Source of the DNA: Octopus sinensis | Lineage: Eukaryota | Length of the DNA: 64,000 bases | Assembly: GCF_006345805.1 (NCBI RefSeq) | Contig: NC_043012.1 | Coordinates: 29,140,001 to 29,204,000, forward strand | Direction: 5' to 3' | In this document: in pieces, positions 40,769 through 53,329 of the stretch | How the letters are laid out: every line of letters starts with the position of its first letter | Numbering within the stretch: the first letter of the stretch is position 1 | Position numbers and translations under genes: made by a program | The notes under the pieces: generated by a model | What the model was told of the DNA's origin: nothing | What the model saw: the letters and a program-made list of their open reading frames with translations, nothing else | Databases searched by the model: none

Positions 40769-42268
40769 GGCAGGTGCAAAGATTAACGCGGAAAAGTTTG
40801 TGGGCTTGCAACTGGGCACCTGGAGAGGCAAGTTCATGCCGTCCAACAGCGTCGTAGGGCGCTGGACTGACGGACCCGTTAAACTGCTCGGGGTTTGGTT
40901 CGGTCCGGACCTCCAGGTGGATAAAAACTAAGAAGAAGTGACGAGCAGGGTGGCCAATCTCACCCAGAAATGGGAAGTGGCGAATGCGTACATCGCATCC
41001 GTCATCTATTACCACTTGACCGTCGTCTCTTGTCCCAACCGCTGGTTGGCCAAGCTGGTGCGCTTGCTCTTTGACTTTTTGTGGAACGGTCAGGTACCAC
41101 TGGTCAGGCGATCCATCTGCTGTCAACGGCCGCTGAACGGAGGCCTTGGCATGCCGTGGTTACTGATGCGCAGACATGCGCTCAGGCTACGGCATCTCAA
41201 GTGTTTCCTAGGCTGTGAACAGGTGTGGTCGTCTTTTGTCAGACGCGACTTTCCGCAGCTCGTCTCTTTGACAGAGCTGCAAACCTGGATCAAACGCAGA
41301 CCGAGAAAGGGCGCTTGGCACCTCGAGTGCCGTCAAGCTCTCTCCGCCCTCCACCAAGCGGGCAATGCTATCGGTCGTGTTTCCACTCTAGCGTTCTATA
41401 GAGGGTTAGTGGAAGAAAAGTGCGACGACGTTCTTGGGGAAACTCTAGGCGTTGACGATAATGTATTGAACAGTCTGTTTGGAAGAACTTTCGGGCCGGG
41501 GCCAATGGACAATTTCCAAAAGTCCCTCGCCTGGCAGTGCCACCGAGGGGCTCTGCCTGTTCGAGATAAACTCTACGGGCCTGCCCGAGGTGCGCCCAGG
41601 ACAACGAAACCGTTCTGCACGCATTCGTCCAGTGCCCTAGTATTGCTGAACTATGGGTTTATGTCGAACAGCTACTGTCGCGTATAGGACGGATCCGGCT
41701 ATCAGCTGAATCCATAGTGAGGATTGCCCCGTCGACCTCCTTTAATAAGGAGGGAAAGGCCGTTTTCCTTTGCCTAGTGGCTGTAGCGAAAGAGCTGGTA
41801 TGGTGGACCCGTTTGAAAGGGCTAAGGTCAGACACTTTCCTCTTTGGCCAGGGCCTCTTCAACTTTTTCAAATTCCACTTGAAAAGGAAGGTGAGAGTAG
41901 AGAGGAAAGTGCTGTCCAATAGCAAGTTTACTGAAAGGTGGGTAAATGTCACAAGAATGGCCAGTATAAATGAACCAATTCTGAGGATACACCTGTAGTA
42001 TAAAAAAAAGTATTATAAAAGGAGAAAGGGGCTCTCTACCCCACTTTTGACCAGGCTCCCGTAGCTTTTATGGGTTTTTCCACGAGTAACCTTTCGAAGG
42101 GCCTCCCCCTATTGGGAATTTCAGTTGTTATATTTTCGTTGTTATCCTGCTTTTGTACACGTTTTTTTTTGTAAACAGACAAAACCCTTTGTAACTTTCG
42201 TCCTGTGTTTTGTCCCTTTATGGTTTAATTAATTTTTGTCAGCCCTTGTGGCCAATAAACGAATTAAT
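40769..42268 (+). mobile_element. 5'-truncated Tx1/L1-clade element (3' 1.5 kb), a different subfamily from 9461-15687
   Basis: GAKINAEK, VWFGPDLQVDKN, RRSICCQRPLNGGLGMPW and FFKFHLKRKVRVER; 3' end cagcccttgtggccaataaacg followed by (ATT)n. Confidence 0.92.
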
Positions 42269-42284
42269 TATTATTATTATTATT

Positions 42285-45200
42285 TTTTTTTTCTTCTTTC
42301 AAATTTGCTTCCATTTCTTGCCGAGTGTCTTCCCGACTCCTAGGGCAAAGAAACTCATAGTATACATTGGTAGGCCATTAAACTAAACTCAATAGTTCGT
42401 TCATTAAAAAAAATAAATTTTTTCTTAAGTTAAATTAAAATACATGGGTAGTAATAATTCTCACATCGACAATGCTCTTCTCAATACGTGCGATGTACCA
42501 GTTAAGACAATCTTTTGCACTTCTTGCTGGGATGGTAAGCCAGGGATCATTCTCATATAATTTTCGGTTCCCTTCTTGATCATTCCTAGTGCTCCTACGA
42601 TCACTGGTATTGTAACCGCCTTGAGATGCCACATTTTCTCAATTTCAATGAGTAGGTCTTTATATTTTCTGAGCTTGTCAAACTATTTCGCTGAGATATT
42701 ATGATCACAGGGGATGCTCATGTCGATCAATAAGCAAACTTTATTGTTTTGGTCTTTCACAACGATATCTGGTTTATTGACATTGATGGTTCGGTCTGTA
42801 TGTACTGGAATCCCACAGAATCGTTACATTTTCTCCTTCAGTTACAGCCTCAGGGTGGTGATTATACCACTTGTCGGCAGTTTTGATATTGTAATGCCGA
42901 CTTATTAGCCAGTGGAGATATTGGCCAACTCTGTCATGTCTTAATTTATACTCCACTGGTGCTAAGACTTTACATCCAGAGATTAGGTGGTCCACTGTTT
43001 CAATCATGTCGTTGCAGAATCGGCATTTTGGGTCTGCTCCATTTTTCATCACATTGGCCAGGTAGTTCCAGGTTAATAGGCTTTGATCTTGAGCAGCCAG
43101 GATGAAAACTTCGCTCTCTGCTTTTAGCCCTGAGCTCCGTAGCCACTGATGGGTTTGCTTCTGGTCAACATCAGCTTGTTTGCTGCGGGCCACATATTTG
43201 CCGTGCAGAGGTTTCTCCTCCCACCTATCAGCCAATTGCTCGTGCGCTTTTTTCGTTGCCATTATTTTCACCTTTGCAACAACAGTTGCCATACTTCCCT
43301 CGGGTTGTTCAGTTTGGGTATCCTGCACGAGATCAATAGCAAATTTTTTGCTTTCCTTTATGATAGAATGAAGCTTCTTTCGTCTCTCGTGATTTTCCAC
43401 GAGCTTTAGCATCCAGTCATTCGTTATTTCAAGATATTTGGCCAGTCCAATTGTGGTTGTTTTGTAAGCTAGTTCAAATTGGATCAGGCCTCGACCTCCT
43501 TGGGCTCTGGGGAGGTAAAGGCGATCTACGTCTGCCTTTGGGTGGTGCATCCTATTACAACTCAGCAGCTTGCGTATTTTCCTATCTATTTTCTTTACTT
43601 CACTCATATTCCAGTTCAACACATTGTAGCTATAAGTAGCAACTGGAACTGCTAAGGAATTTATAGCTAACACCTTGTTACATGCATTTAGTTCAGATTT
43701 CAGGACTGCTCGAACTCTCCTATAACATTCCTTCCTGATCTTCTCTTTCATGCTTTCATGCTGAATACCAGAGCTTTCATTTATCCCTAAATATTTGTAG
43801 GTTTGTTCTTGCTCAAGCTCTCTTATGACTGTGTCAACATCTAACACGACTGAATTTGTGGTCTTCACTTTCCCTTTCTGGAAAGTGGCCTTGGCACACT
43901 TCTCAAGCCCAAACTCCATCCCGTTGTCATCACTGAATGCTTTCACAGTGCGCAATAGGCCTTCAAGTTCATTATTGTCTTTACCATAGAGTTTTAAGTC
44001 ATCCATATAAAATAGATGGCTTTTCATTGGTAATTTTATACCCATACCCTGTTCTGTTTAATTCACTTGTAAGGGGTATTAGGGCTATGCAGAATATTAA
44101 AGGTGAAAGTGAGTCACCTTGAAAAATTCCACAGTTGATGTTTATATTTTCTGAGGCAAGTACTCCATTAGAGTGGTATAATTGGAGATTCGTATTCCAC
44201 AACGACATATTGTGCTTCAGGAAGTTTGAAATCACAGGGGAAATTTTGAAGATGTCCAGCGATCTCAAGATCCATGAATGCGGTATACTGTCGAAAGCCT
44301 TTTTTATAGTCAATCCATGCGGAGCTGAGATTTCTGCGCTTGTTGTGACAGTTCTCAAGGATCATACGATTAATTAGCAGTTGATCTTTGCATCCGTATG
44401 AGCCTCAGCGGCACCCTTTTTGTTCAATGGGGAAAATATCGTTCTTCTCCATGAATGCATATGTTTTCTCCGCCAGGATAGATGTTAGGATTTTATACGT
44501 GGTGGATAAACAGGTTATAGGCCGATAGTTTTTTGGAAGTTTGGTTTCGTTATTCGTTGGGAGTAGGTAAGTAATACCACTTGCTAACCATTCAGGTGTT
44601 TTCTTTGGGTCTCTCATAATTCCATTGAGCAGCTGAACTAGCTTACCGTGTGCGCATGGGAGCGATGCGAGCCAGAAATTCGGCACCCTATCTTTACCGG
44701 GGGATTTCCAATTATGGGCCTTCGTGAGTGCCTTTCTTAGGTCTGCTATTGTGATGTCTTCTCTTGGTGAGGATCCAAATTTTCTCTTCATCTTTCTTCC
44801 TGTTCTGGATCTTACATCATTTCCACATATTAGTTCATTTAATATTGATATTTCCCCTCTCATAAATTCAATCTCTTTTTCAATTTTACTTCTCCAGGTT
44901 TGATTTCTTCCCAGGTTTGGTTTTCTTTGTTTTTTCGGGGGCATACAGCTGGTTTCAATTGCCCTAGCAGAAGCGTAAATAATTTCATTTAACTCAGTAA
45001 AATCAGGTTTTAATTCTTGTATTATTTCATTTGTTACATAGTTGCCAATTCGGATTTGTTTTTTTATTTTGGTTTGTATTTGAGAGTTTATGAAGTGGTT
45101 CTCTATCATTCATACTTGTATGCCTTACAACTTCAAGTGTATTCAGGATTTTCTGCCTCATTTCTGCCATAGACTCTCTGTGTTCTTCAGCAAATGCGAG

Positions 45201-45880
45201 ATCTTCAGTTACTGTTGTTTTATCATTTTCCTGGCTATCTTTAACAGGTACAATAGAATTTCTTGTATCTTCAGGCCTTTGCTTACTTTGGTCAGATGGC
45301 AGTCTTTCAATTAGGCCTCGTGGCGGGCTATACTGTTCATCTGATTCTTCATTTCCTTTGTGTCTTATATTTATGTCATTTTCCGTTGCATGCTTGATCG
45401 CGCTTATTTCACTGTCTGTGAGTCTGTTATTTCTAAGGATATCCCTCCTCACATTTGCCAATTTGTTCTCGTCCAAATAGGGCCTACTGTCTTGATTCCG
45501 TGTTCTCCATATACTGTAAAAGTTTGCGGTGTGTCTCTCTTGAGATGGCCTGCCTAATGCATAGTAATAAGCGTATATTACTTCTTTATACTCTTCTCGG
45601 GTCCATTTGTTCCGCTTACATTTTTCTTTCTGTGGTGGTTGTGGTGGTGAACTTGGAGGGCTCGAGTTGGGGGATTTCTCGTTCAAGTGACCATCCATGT
45701 CCGTATTCGGAGAAGAGTTTGTGCCAGTTGATGACTTTTCAATCCCAGGCTGGCTCTTCCCTGGGGGACGCGCTTCCAGATTAACCATAGGACAAGCGAT
45801 TTGGTATGCTGATTTAGTTTCCCTTTTAGTTTCCAAAAACGTTTTGGTGCTACGATAATGTTATCATTTTTGAGCTTTGA
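42285..45880 (-). mobile_element. R4/Dong-like RLE retrotransposon 2, near full length, frameshifted
   Basis: N-terminal KWTREEYKEVIYAYY domain, HNWKSPGKD, NYRPITCL, FQGDSLSPLIF, HLFYMDDLK, CRFCNDMIETVDHLISGC, and an RLE with NKPDIVV...DMSIP. Confidence 0.93.
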
Positions 45881-46309
45881 TTGGCTCGTGGGGAGACGGC
45901 CATCATTGCCGTTACAATTATAATCGTACCATTATAGCAGCCGTAGTCGGTTTATTATTGTTATTATCATCACCATTATTATCACTATCATCATTATCAC
46001 CACCATTACCATCATCATTATTATCATCACCATCACCATCATCATCATCATCATCATCATCAATGATATTGTTTTATGTGTAGTCACAGCAGTATCTTAT
46101 TATTGTTATTTTTTAAAAATCATTATCACTATCACAGTAGTGTCTGTCTGTCTCGTTGGCTGTCTTGGTGGTTGGCTGGCTGGCTGTCTTCAACGCCAGA
46201 GTTCTTGCCTGTCAAATAATACTTTCATATTTGGTTAACATCTAAAGAGCCGAGGTGAGGTTTGTGTTGGCTGAACTCTGTGAGTGTGTGTGTGTGTGTA
46301 GATAGATAG

Positions 46310-46356
46310 ATAGATTATCAGCATTATTACTATCATTATTACTATTACTATTACTA

Positions 46357-46414
<58 letters not shown>

Positions 46415-46664
46415 CATCATCATCATTATTATTATTATTATTATCATTATTATTATTATATTATTATTATTATTATTATTAATTATTATTATCATCATTA
46501 TTATTATTATTATTATCATTATTATTATCATTATTATCATTATTATTATTATTATTATTATTATCATCATCATTATATTATTATTATTATTATTATTATT
46601 ATTATCATTATATTATTATTATTATATTATTATTATTATTATCATTATTATCATCATCATCATC

Positions 46665-46749
<85 letters not shown>

Positions 46750-46750
46750 G
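46310..46750. repeat. Compound (ATT)n/(ATC)n tract
   Basis: Direct reading. Confidence 0.97.
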
Positions 46751-47813
46751 ACGTCGCTCAGTATACAATATCGGGAGGTTGTTGATTGAAGATATTGGGT
46801 CTACTCAGGGGTTGTACTGTCTGTCAAGTCACAACAAGGACCTCAGACAGACAGTACTTTACGCAATATGCATGCAGTTCCAAGTAATGCCAACTTTTGC
46901 AATACACCTAGATTGTAGGGTATTTCTAAGGTTTCCAGCTGGTTTTTTACAGATTGGGTGGTTTTGAACCCAATGCTCCAATGACAATAGGGATAACCTT
47001 TATGTTTGATTCATGTAGTTGCCACATCTTAGCAATCTCAATTCTCATGTCTCCATATTTATCAACCTTTTCTCTTTCTTTCGTGATGATACGTTGATCT
47101 CCTGGCACCGCCACGTCAATTATTAGGCACTCTTGTTTGTCCCTCCTAAAGGTTACTATATCCGGCCTTCGGTGCTCTAACACTGTGTTTGTGTGGAAAT
47201 CAAAGTCCCAGAAAATGTTTGCCTTCCCCTTTTCGTCTATTACCTTTTCCGGTGAAAGTTGGTACCAAGCACCCGTAAACTTCTATTCATACTTTCGTCA
47301 TGGTAGCCAGTGGAGGTTTTGGACCACTTTGTCGTGTCTACGCTTGTACTCTTTCGGCGCAAGACTTTCACATGCATTAAAAATGTCACCCACACTTTTG
47401 ACCTTCCCACACATTCTGCAGAGATTCGTTGCACTTGTGTGGTATATATTCTTTTCCCCCGAGTTGGTATCCAATGTCTGGTCCTAGACCGCGATGATTA
47501 GGCTTTCAGCATTCTTTTTTAGGTCACCCTTGTTGAGCCACCTCCATGATACTTATTTTGTTATTTTCAAGGTGGAACTGACCATGTAATTCCATACAAA
47601 GTAGGGTTTCTTCTCTCTCGTCGGCTGTTCTTGTTCGGAATTCATGAACACTCTCGAGTGCATTTTTGTTAACTCCTTCTGCACCAACAGCATACTGTAG
47701 CAGGTCTTCTTTGCTTTTTACCAAATATTCTGCCATGTTTCTTCTTTCACTGCTGATGCACTCTCGTATGCTAATTAGCCCACGTCCATCCATACCTCTC
47801 TTCATGTAGAGCC
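46750..47813 (-). mobile_element. R4/Dong-like RLE retrotransposon 3, 5'-truncated, (ATT)n on both sides
   Basis: MKRGMDGRGLISI...ELHGQF; HRRPDIVTFRRDKQECLIIDVAVPGD...EKVDKY...IPIVIGALG is a PD-D-K RLE motif. Confidence 0.9.
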
Positions 47814-47907
<94 letters not shown>

Positions 47908-47921
47908 TATTATTATTATTA

Positions 47922-47984
<63 letters not shown>

Positions 47985-47985
<1 letters not shown>

Positions 47986-48380
47986 GGCGGCGAGCTGGTA
48001 GACTCATTAGCACGCCCCAGGCAAAACGCTTAACGGCATTTCGCCCGTCGCTACGTTTTGAGTTCACATTCCTCTGAGGTTGACTTTGCTTTCATCCTTT
48101 CGGGGTCGATAAAATAAGTGCCAGTTGAACACTGGGGTCGCTGCCTTTGTGGCAAAATTTGAAACCATTTAAGGCGGTGAGGAGGCAGAATCCTCAGCAG
48201 GCTGGACGAAATACTTAGCGGTATTTCGCCCGTTACTATGTTCTGAGTTCAAATTTCAACGAGGTCGACTTTGCCTTTCACCCTTTCCAGGTCGATACAT
48301 TAAGTACCAGTGAAGATGTTATCAACTATCCCCTCCCCACAAATTCCAGGCATTGAGCCTATAGACGAAAAGATTATTCA
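47985..48380 (+). mobile_element. Two tandem SINE family C copies following (ATT)n
   Basis: Heads aaggcggcgagctgg (47985) and aaggcggtgaggaggc (about 48171). Confidence 0.85.
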
Positions 48381-48392
48381 TATTCATATTCA

Positions 48393-48441
<49 letters not shown>

Positions 48442-48985
48442 GAGTGACAGAGCAGTTCATGCCATCAAAATGACACTGGGGTAAAATATACGAAGCCCAA
48501 TATACCCATCATGACTACCCGTCTGATAAAGGTACACCAGGCACATGCATCACAACCATATGTGCGCGACATGGTGATCTCATATCAAGATAAACAGCAC
48601 ATGACCTTGCAGGTGGGGCGCCCAGTTAGAATTTTCTTCAGGTTGAGTAGCCCATCCCGCTCAAACGATCTCTGAATAAGGGTTGTTTAAGGATGTTGAA
48701 AGAACCACCCATGTTTCCAGAGGTGAACTATTCAAACCCCAAAGAATCCCTCTCAACACATGGCTATGATGCTCCCCCACTACTTCTGCTCATGATCAGA
48801 GATGCACGTATTGTCAGCCACTAAGGGACATGCTCAACTGGTTAAGGTCAAACAACTGTCAAGCAAATCTGTGGTATTGAGCAGAATATTTGCTGTAGCC
48901 CATCTTTTATACCAAGACAAAACAATGTACATGATAACACTTCCAATCAGTTAAGATCAGAAGCCATGAGAGCCACTGCCTGGTA

Positions 48986-49049
<64 letters not shown>

Positions 49050-49245
49050 GAGTGAGAGAACAGTGCATACCATCAAAGTGACACCGGGGTAAAATATACG
49101 AAGCCCAGTATACCCATCATGACTACCCGTCTGATAAGGGTACACTAGGCACATGCATCACAACCATATGTGTGCGATATGGTGATCTCATATCAAGATA
49201 AACAGCACTTGACTTTGCAAGTGGGGCCCAGTTAGAATTTTCTAT
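48442..49245. repeat. Two copies (about 540 bp and about 195 bp) of an unclassified interspersed repeat, each preceded by (ATT)n
   Basis: gagtga(c/g)aga...catcatgactacccgtctgata...cagttagaattttct occurs at 48442 and 49049. It is probably a LINE 3' UTR on the minus strand (inference). Confidence 0.6.
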
Positions 49246-49375
49246 TTAAATTCCACTATTATTTCTCTTTTGATAATTTTTCTTTCCTCTGTTTATACTT
49301 TATCTAATAAGAATAATATAATACACCTGTTTTTTTTCCTCTGTCTTCCCTTCTCTGGATCTTTCCTTCCCCCAT

Positions 49376-49410
49376 GTTTCCGACGAAGAGCTCCGCTCGA
49401 AACGTTAAAC
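49376..49410 (+). ncRNA. Minimal type I hammerhead-like motif (U4C core variant), Penelope-associated
   Basis: GTTT-CCGACGA-A-GAGC(TCC)GCTC-GAAA-CGTT-AAAC has stem I, stem II and a palindromic AACGTT stem III. Confidence 0.5.
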
Positions 49411-50164
49411 CCTCCTTCTTCCCTTCCTTCCTGAGCGTCCAATATTTGTTCCACGTCCTCCCGTTGTTGTGTTTTTTGTGCTTTCTTGTTTGGATTAACT
49501 TTAATAATAATAATAATAATTGATTCCGTTGTATGCATATACATATATATATATAAATGTAAAGATATGTATTTATGTATATTTATGTATATGTATGTAT
49601 ATGTAAATGTGTGTATATATGTATGTATTTATATTTATGACTTAACCTTATGAACCTTCTAAACTCTCTGACGACGCCTAGAGGCACATTCAAGTACCTT
49701 AATCTTAGCTACCTAATACTTCAGTTCACTGAAGGGATGGAAGTAAAATGGGGTACTATGACCTCTTGTCTGAAACAGCTGTAAGGGACTATCCTACTTT
49801 CTATGCTCTACGTTATATATTTTAATAATTACTGGTATTTTTATACATGTAAAGCATAATATGTTATACATGTATGTATATTGCTATAATTGCTTTTCTA
49901 AAAATTAGTAATTAATAAATAGACATAATATAATGTCTAAAAGTTGATGAATACCACCTCTTGATTCCCTTCTATTTTCTTATTGCCGTATACATTAAGG
50001 GTAAAACAACTTTTTACCCTCACCCATTTATTACATTCAGTAGTGTACTTCCTATGCAATAAATAAACACTTGTGTATTAATAATTGGGTATTCTATCAG
50101 CTGCACATTGGATAGATAGTATCCCTTAGTTGGTTGGATTCACAACCTCTAACTCTCTTGGAAT

Positions 50165-50207
<43 letters not shown>

Positions 50208-50258
50208 ACGCACACACACACTCACACACATACACACGCACACACACACATACACACG

Positions 50259-50289
<31 letters not shown>

Positions 50290-50780
50290 ACACACACACA
50301 CATATATATATATATGTATATGTGTGTGTGTATGTATGTATGTATGTATGTTTGTATGTGTTTGTGTGTCTGTGTTCGTCCCCGTAACTTAGCGGTTTGG
50401 CAAAAGTTACCGACAGAATAAGTACTGGTGTCGATTTGTGCGGCTAAAGGCGGTGCTCCAGCATGGCCGCAGTCAAATAACTGAAACATAAAAGAATAAA
50501 AGAATACATGCACGCAGACACCCAATTATCGTCTTTTACTGGCCTCAGTGATTGTGGCTCCATTGAAGCACCGCCTTGAAGGGTTTCGTCAATGAAATGG
50601 AGCCGATCCAAATCGGCGCAGACGAACCAACACTCGTTCTGGAGCAGTCAGGAGACTAACAAAACCGCAGACACGCGGACAGTCGCACCAAGCGTTCACA
50701 TACACATATATACATATACACACATACACAAATAGCACGGACACACACACACACATATGCACACTCGTGTATAGGAGCAC

Positions 50781-51094
50781 TCCGTCAGTTGCGACGACGA
50801 GGGTCCCAGCTGATACGATCAACGGAATAGCTTGTACGTGAAATCAACGTGCAAGTGGCTGAGCGCTCCACAGGCACGTGTACCCTTAACGTAGTTCTCG
50901 GGCAGATTTAGCGTGACACTGGGTGTGACAAGGCTGATCCCTTTCAAATACAGGTACTACTATTTTTTGCCACCTGAGTCGACTGGAGCAACGTGAAATA
51001 AAGTGTCTTGCTCAAGGACACAACGCGCCGCCGGGAATTGAACTCACGACTATACGATCGTGACCCGAATGCCCCAACCACTAAGCCACGCGCC
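50781..51094 (-). mobile_element. tRNA-derived SINE with a CORE-like central domain
   Basis: Reverse complement gives head ggcgcgtggcttagtggttgggg...gtgagttcaattccc, then gtgtccttgagcaagacact; the tail is shared with family B. Confidence 0.75.
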
Positions 51095-51187
51095 TTTACA
51101 CACTCGTTTATACATACATTCAAATATACATACACATTTGCATATATATGTGTGTGAGTATTTACAAGTATACCAATTATACATGGA

Positions 51188-51390
51188 GGCGCAATGGCTC
51201 AGTGGTTAGAGCAGCGGGCTCGCGGTCGCGGGATCACGGTTTCGATTCCCAGACCGGGCGTTGTGAGTGTTTATTGAGCGAAAACGTACTAAGACCACGA
51301 GGCTCCGGCAGGGGATGGTGGCGAACCCTGCTGTACTCTTTCACCACAATTTTTTCTCATTCTTTCTTCCTGTTTCTCACATCGCCTATA
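51188..51390 (+). mobile_element. tRNA(Arg)-like SINE (family B), 5' half
   Basis: A box TGGCTCAGTGG, anticodon-loop-like CTCGCGG, B box GGTTTCGATTCC; body matches the copy at 56782-57155. Confidence 0.85.
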
Positions 51391-51729
51391 TACTCTTAGC
51401 CCATCATAAGCACTCGAATTTCTTACTTTCTTCCATGAGCGTGCTCACACACACACACACACACACACATCGTCACATATATTAGCATGCACATCCTCAC
51501 TCTGATACCATGCTAAATTAGAGGTTGATAAACAGACAAATTATCTAACACTTCTTCGTGTGAACACACCGTGACTTGTTACTGTGATTCGTTAGTGTGA
51601 CTCATTAACTCTCATTATCATGATGTTTCACTATACTGTCTCAGTATTTACTTCAAAGGCCACTCAATTCATTAGAATGTGTCGGCTTTGAAGACTTTCA
51701 CGATCAACCCTACTTTGCTTTATAATATC

Positions 51730-51828
51730 ATATGCCTGTGTGTGTGTGTGTGTGTATTATATATATATATATATATATATCTATATATATATTATATATA
51801 TATCATATGTATATGTGTATATCATATG

Positions 51829-51859
<31 letters not shown>

Positions 51860-52280
51860 TATTATATATATATATTATATGTATATGTATATCATATGTA
51901 TATATTATATATATATATATCATATGTATATATATATATATATCATATATATATATATATATATATATCATATGTATATGTGTATATATATATATATCTA
52001 TATATATATATATGTATATGTGTATATATATATATATAATATATTATATGTATATGTGTATATCATATATATATAATATATATATTATATGTATATGGTA
52101 TATCATATATATTATATATATATATATGTATATGTGTATATCATATATATATATATTAGATGTATATGTGTATATCATATATATATATATATATTCATAT
52201 GTATATGTGTATATATATATATCTATATATATATGTATATGTGTATACATATATATATATTATATGTATATGTGTATATC

Positions 52281-52325
<45 letters not shown>

Positions 52326-52490
52326 ATATATATATATCATATGTATATGTGTATATAATATGTATATATATAATATATATATATATTATATGTATATGTG
52401 TATATCATATGTATATATATATATATATATATTATATGTATATGTGTATATCATATGTATATATATATATATACACATACATTTACGTAT
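51730..52490. repeat. Compound (TA)n tract with recurring tatcatatgtatatgtg subunits
   Basis: Direct reading. Confidence 0.95.
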
Positions 52491-52857
52491 GTGTGTGTGT
52501 ATGTAAGCATATGTTTCTATGTGTGTTCCTTACTCTTTTCCTATATGAGATTGAGTGTATTTCGCCATGCTGTGATGATGTATCCATACGCCAAACTATG
52601 AGTAACAGCGAAAATCCCGCTTACAAACAATAAAACTGTTCTCAAAGGGTATTCAGTACATTCACACACTCGAACATGCGTATATAAAGAGAAATGTGCA
52701 TATAAGTACATAGACGCTGAATAGAAAGGTATCGCTGCCCAGGTACGCGAAAGGCGAACAAGTGTAGAAAACTTTGGATCGATTTGTAAACGTCATTTTC
52801 AGCTTGTTTCAATAATTTCGTAGGTGCGCGCGGGTGTATTGCTGTTGTTATTAATAT

Positions 52858-53196
52858 CATTATTACCTCCGCCTTCGCCAAGGTGGACGTATTGTTTGCA
52901 CTCGTGTTTGTTTGTTTGTTTGTTTGTCCGTGGACAAAATATCTCAAGAACCGTTGGATGGATTCGGATGAAACTTTCAGGGATGTTTGGCCTTGTGACT
53001 AGCACGAACTGATTAGATTTTGGGATCGATCTGGTACCGGGCAAGGATTCTGGATTATTTTACCGTTATTTTTTTTAAACTTAGTTTTTGAGTGCGGTTG
53101 GGTTCATTTTTAGTATTCTCCTTTGTGAGAGCGGTTGAGTTTATCTTAGATATTCTCATTTTAAAAATCATCTCTGGCTAATCGTTGAGAAGACGT

Positions 53197-53200
<4 letters not shown>
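52858..53200 (+). mobile_element. Non-autonomous Helentron/DINE-1-like element
   Basis: Starts ttattacctccgcc with a hairpin, then (GTTT)n and the ...ggatggattcggatgaaactttcagg body typical of that class (pattern recognition only). Confidence 0.55.
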
Positions 53201-53276
<76 letters not shown>

Positions 53277-53286
53277 GGTCGACTAC

Positions 53287-53329
53287 GCTACATTGACAAA
53301 GGGCAAATACCCTGAAACGCGTCTGTAGC
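53287..53329 (+). ncRNA. Minimal type I hammerhead ribozyme motif with a U3/A8 core
   Basis: GCTACA-TTGACAA-AGGG(CAAATA)CCCT-GAAA-CGCG-TC-TGTAGC has a perfect 6-bp stem I, a 4-bp stem II, a palindromic ACGCGT stem III and a GUC cleavage triplet. Confidence 0.65.

Noticed and set aside
51188-51260. tRNA-Arg-like sequence with A and B boxes
   Set aside because: It continues directly into a SINE body also present at 56782-57155, so it is a SINE head and not a tRNA gene.
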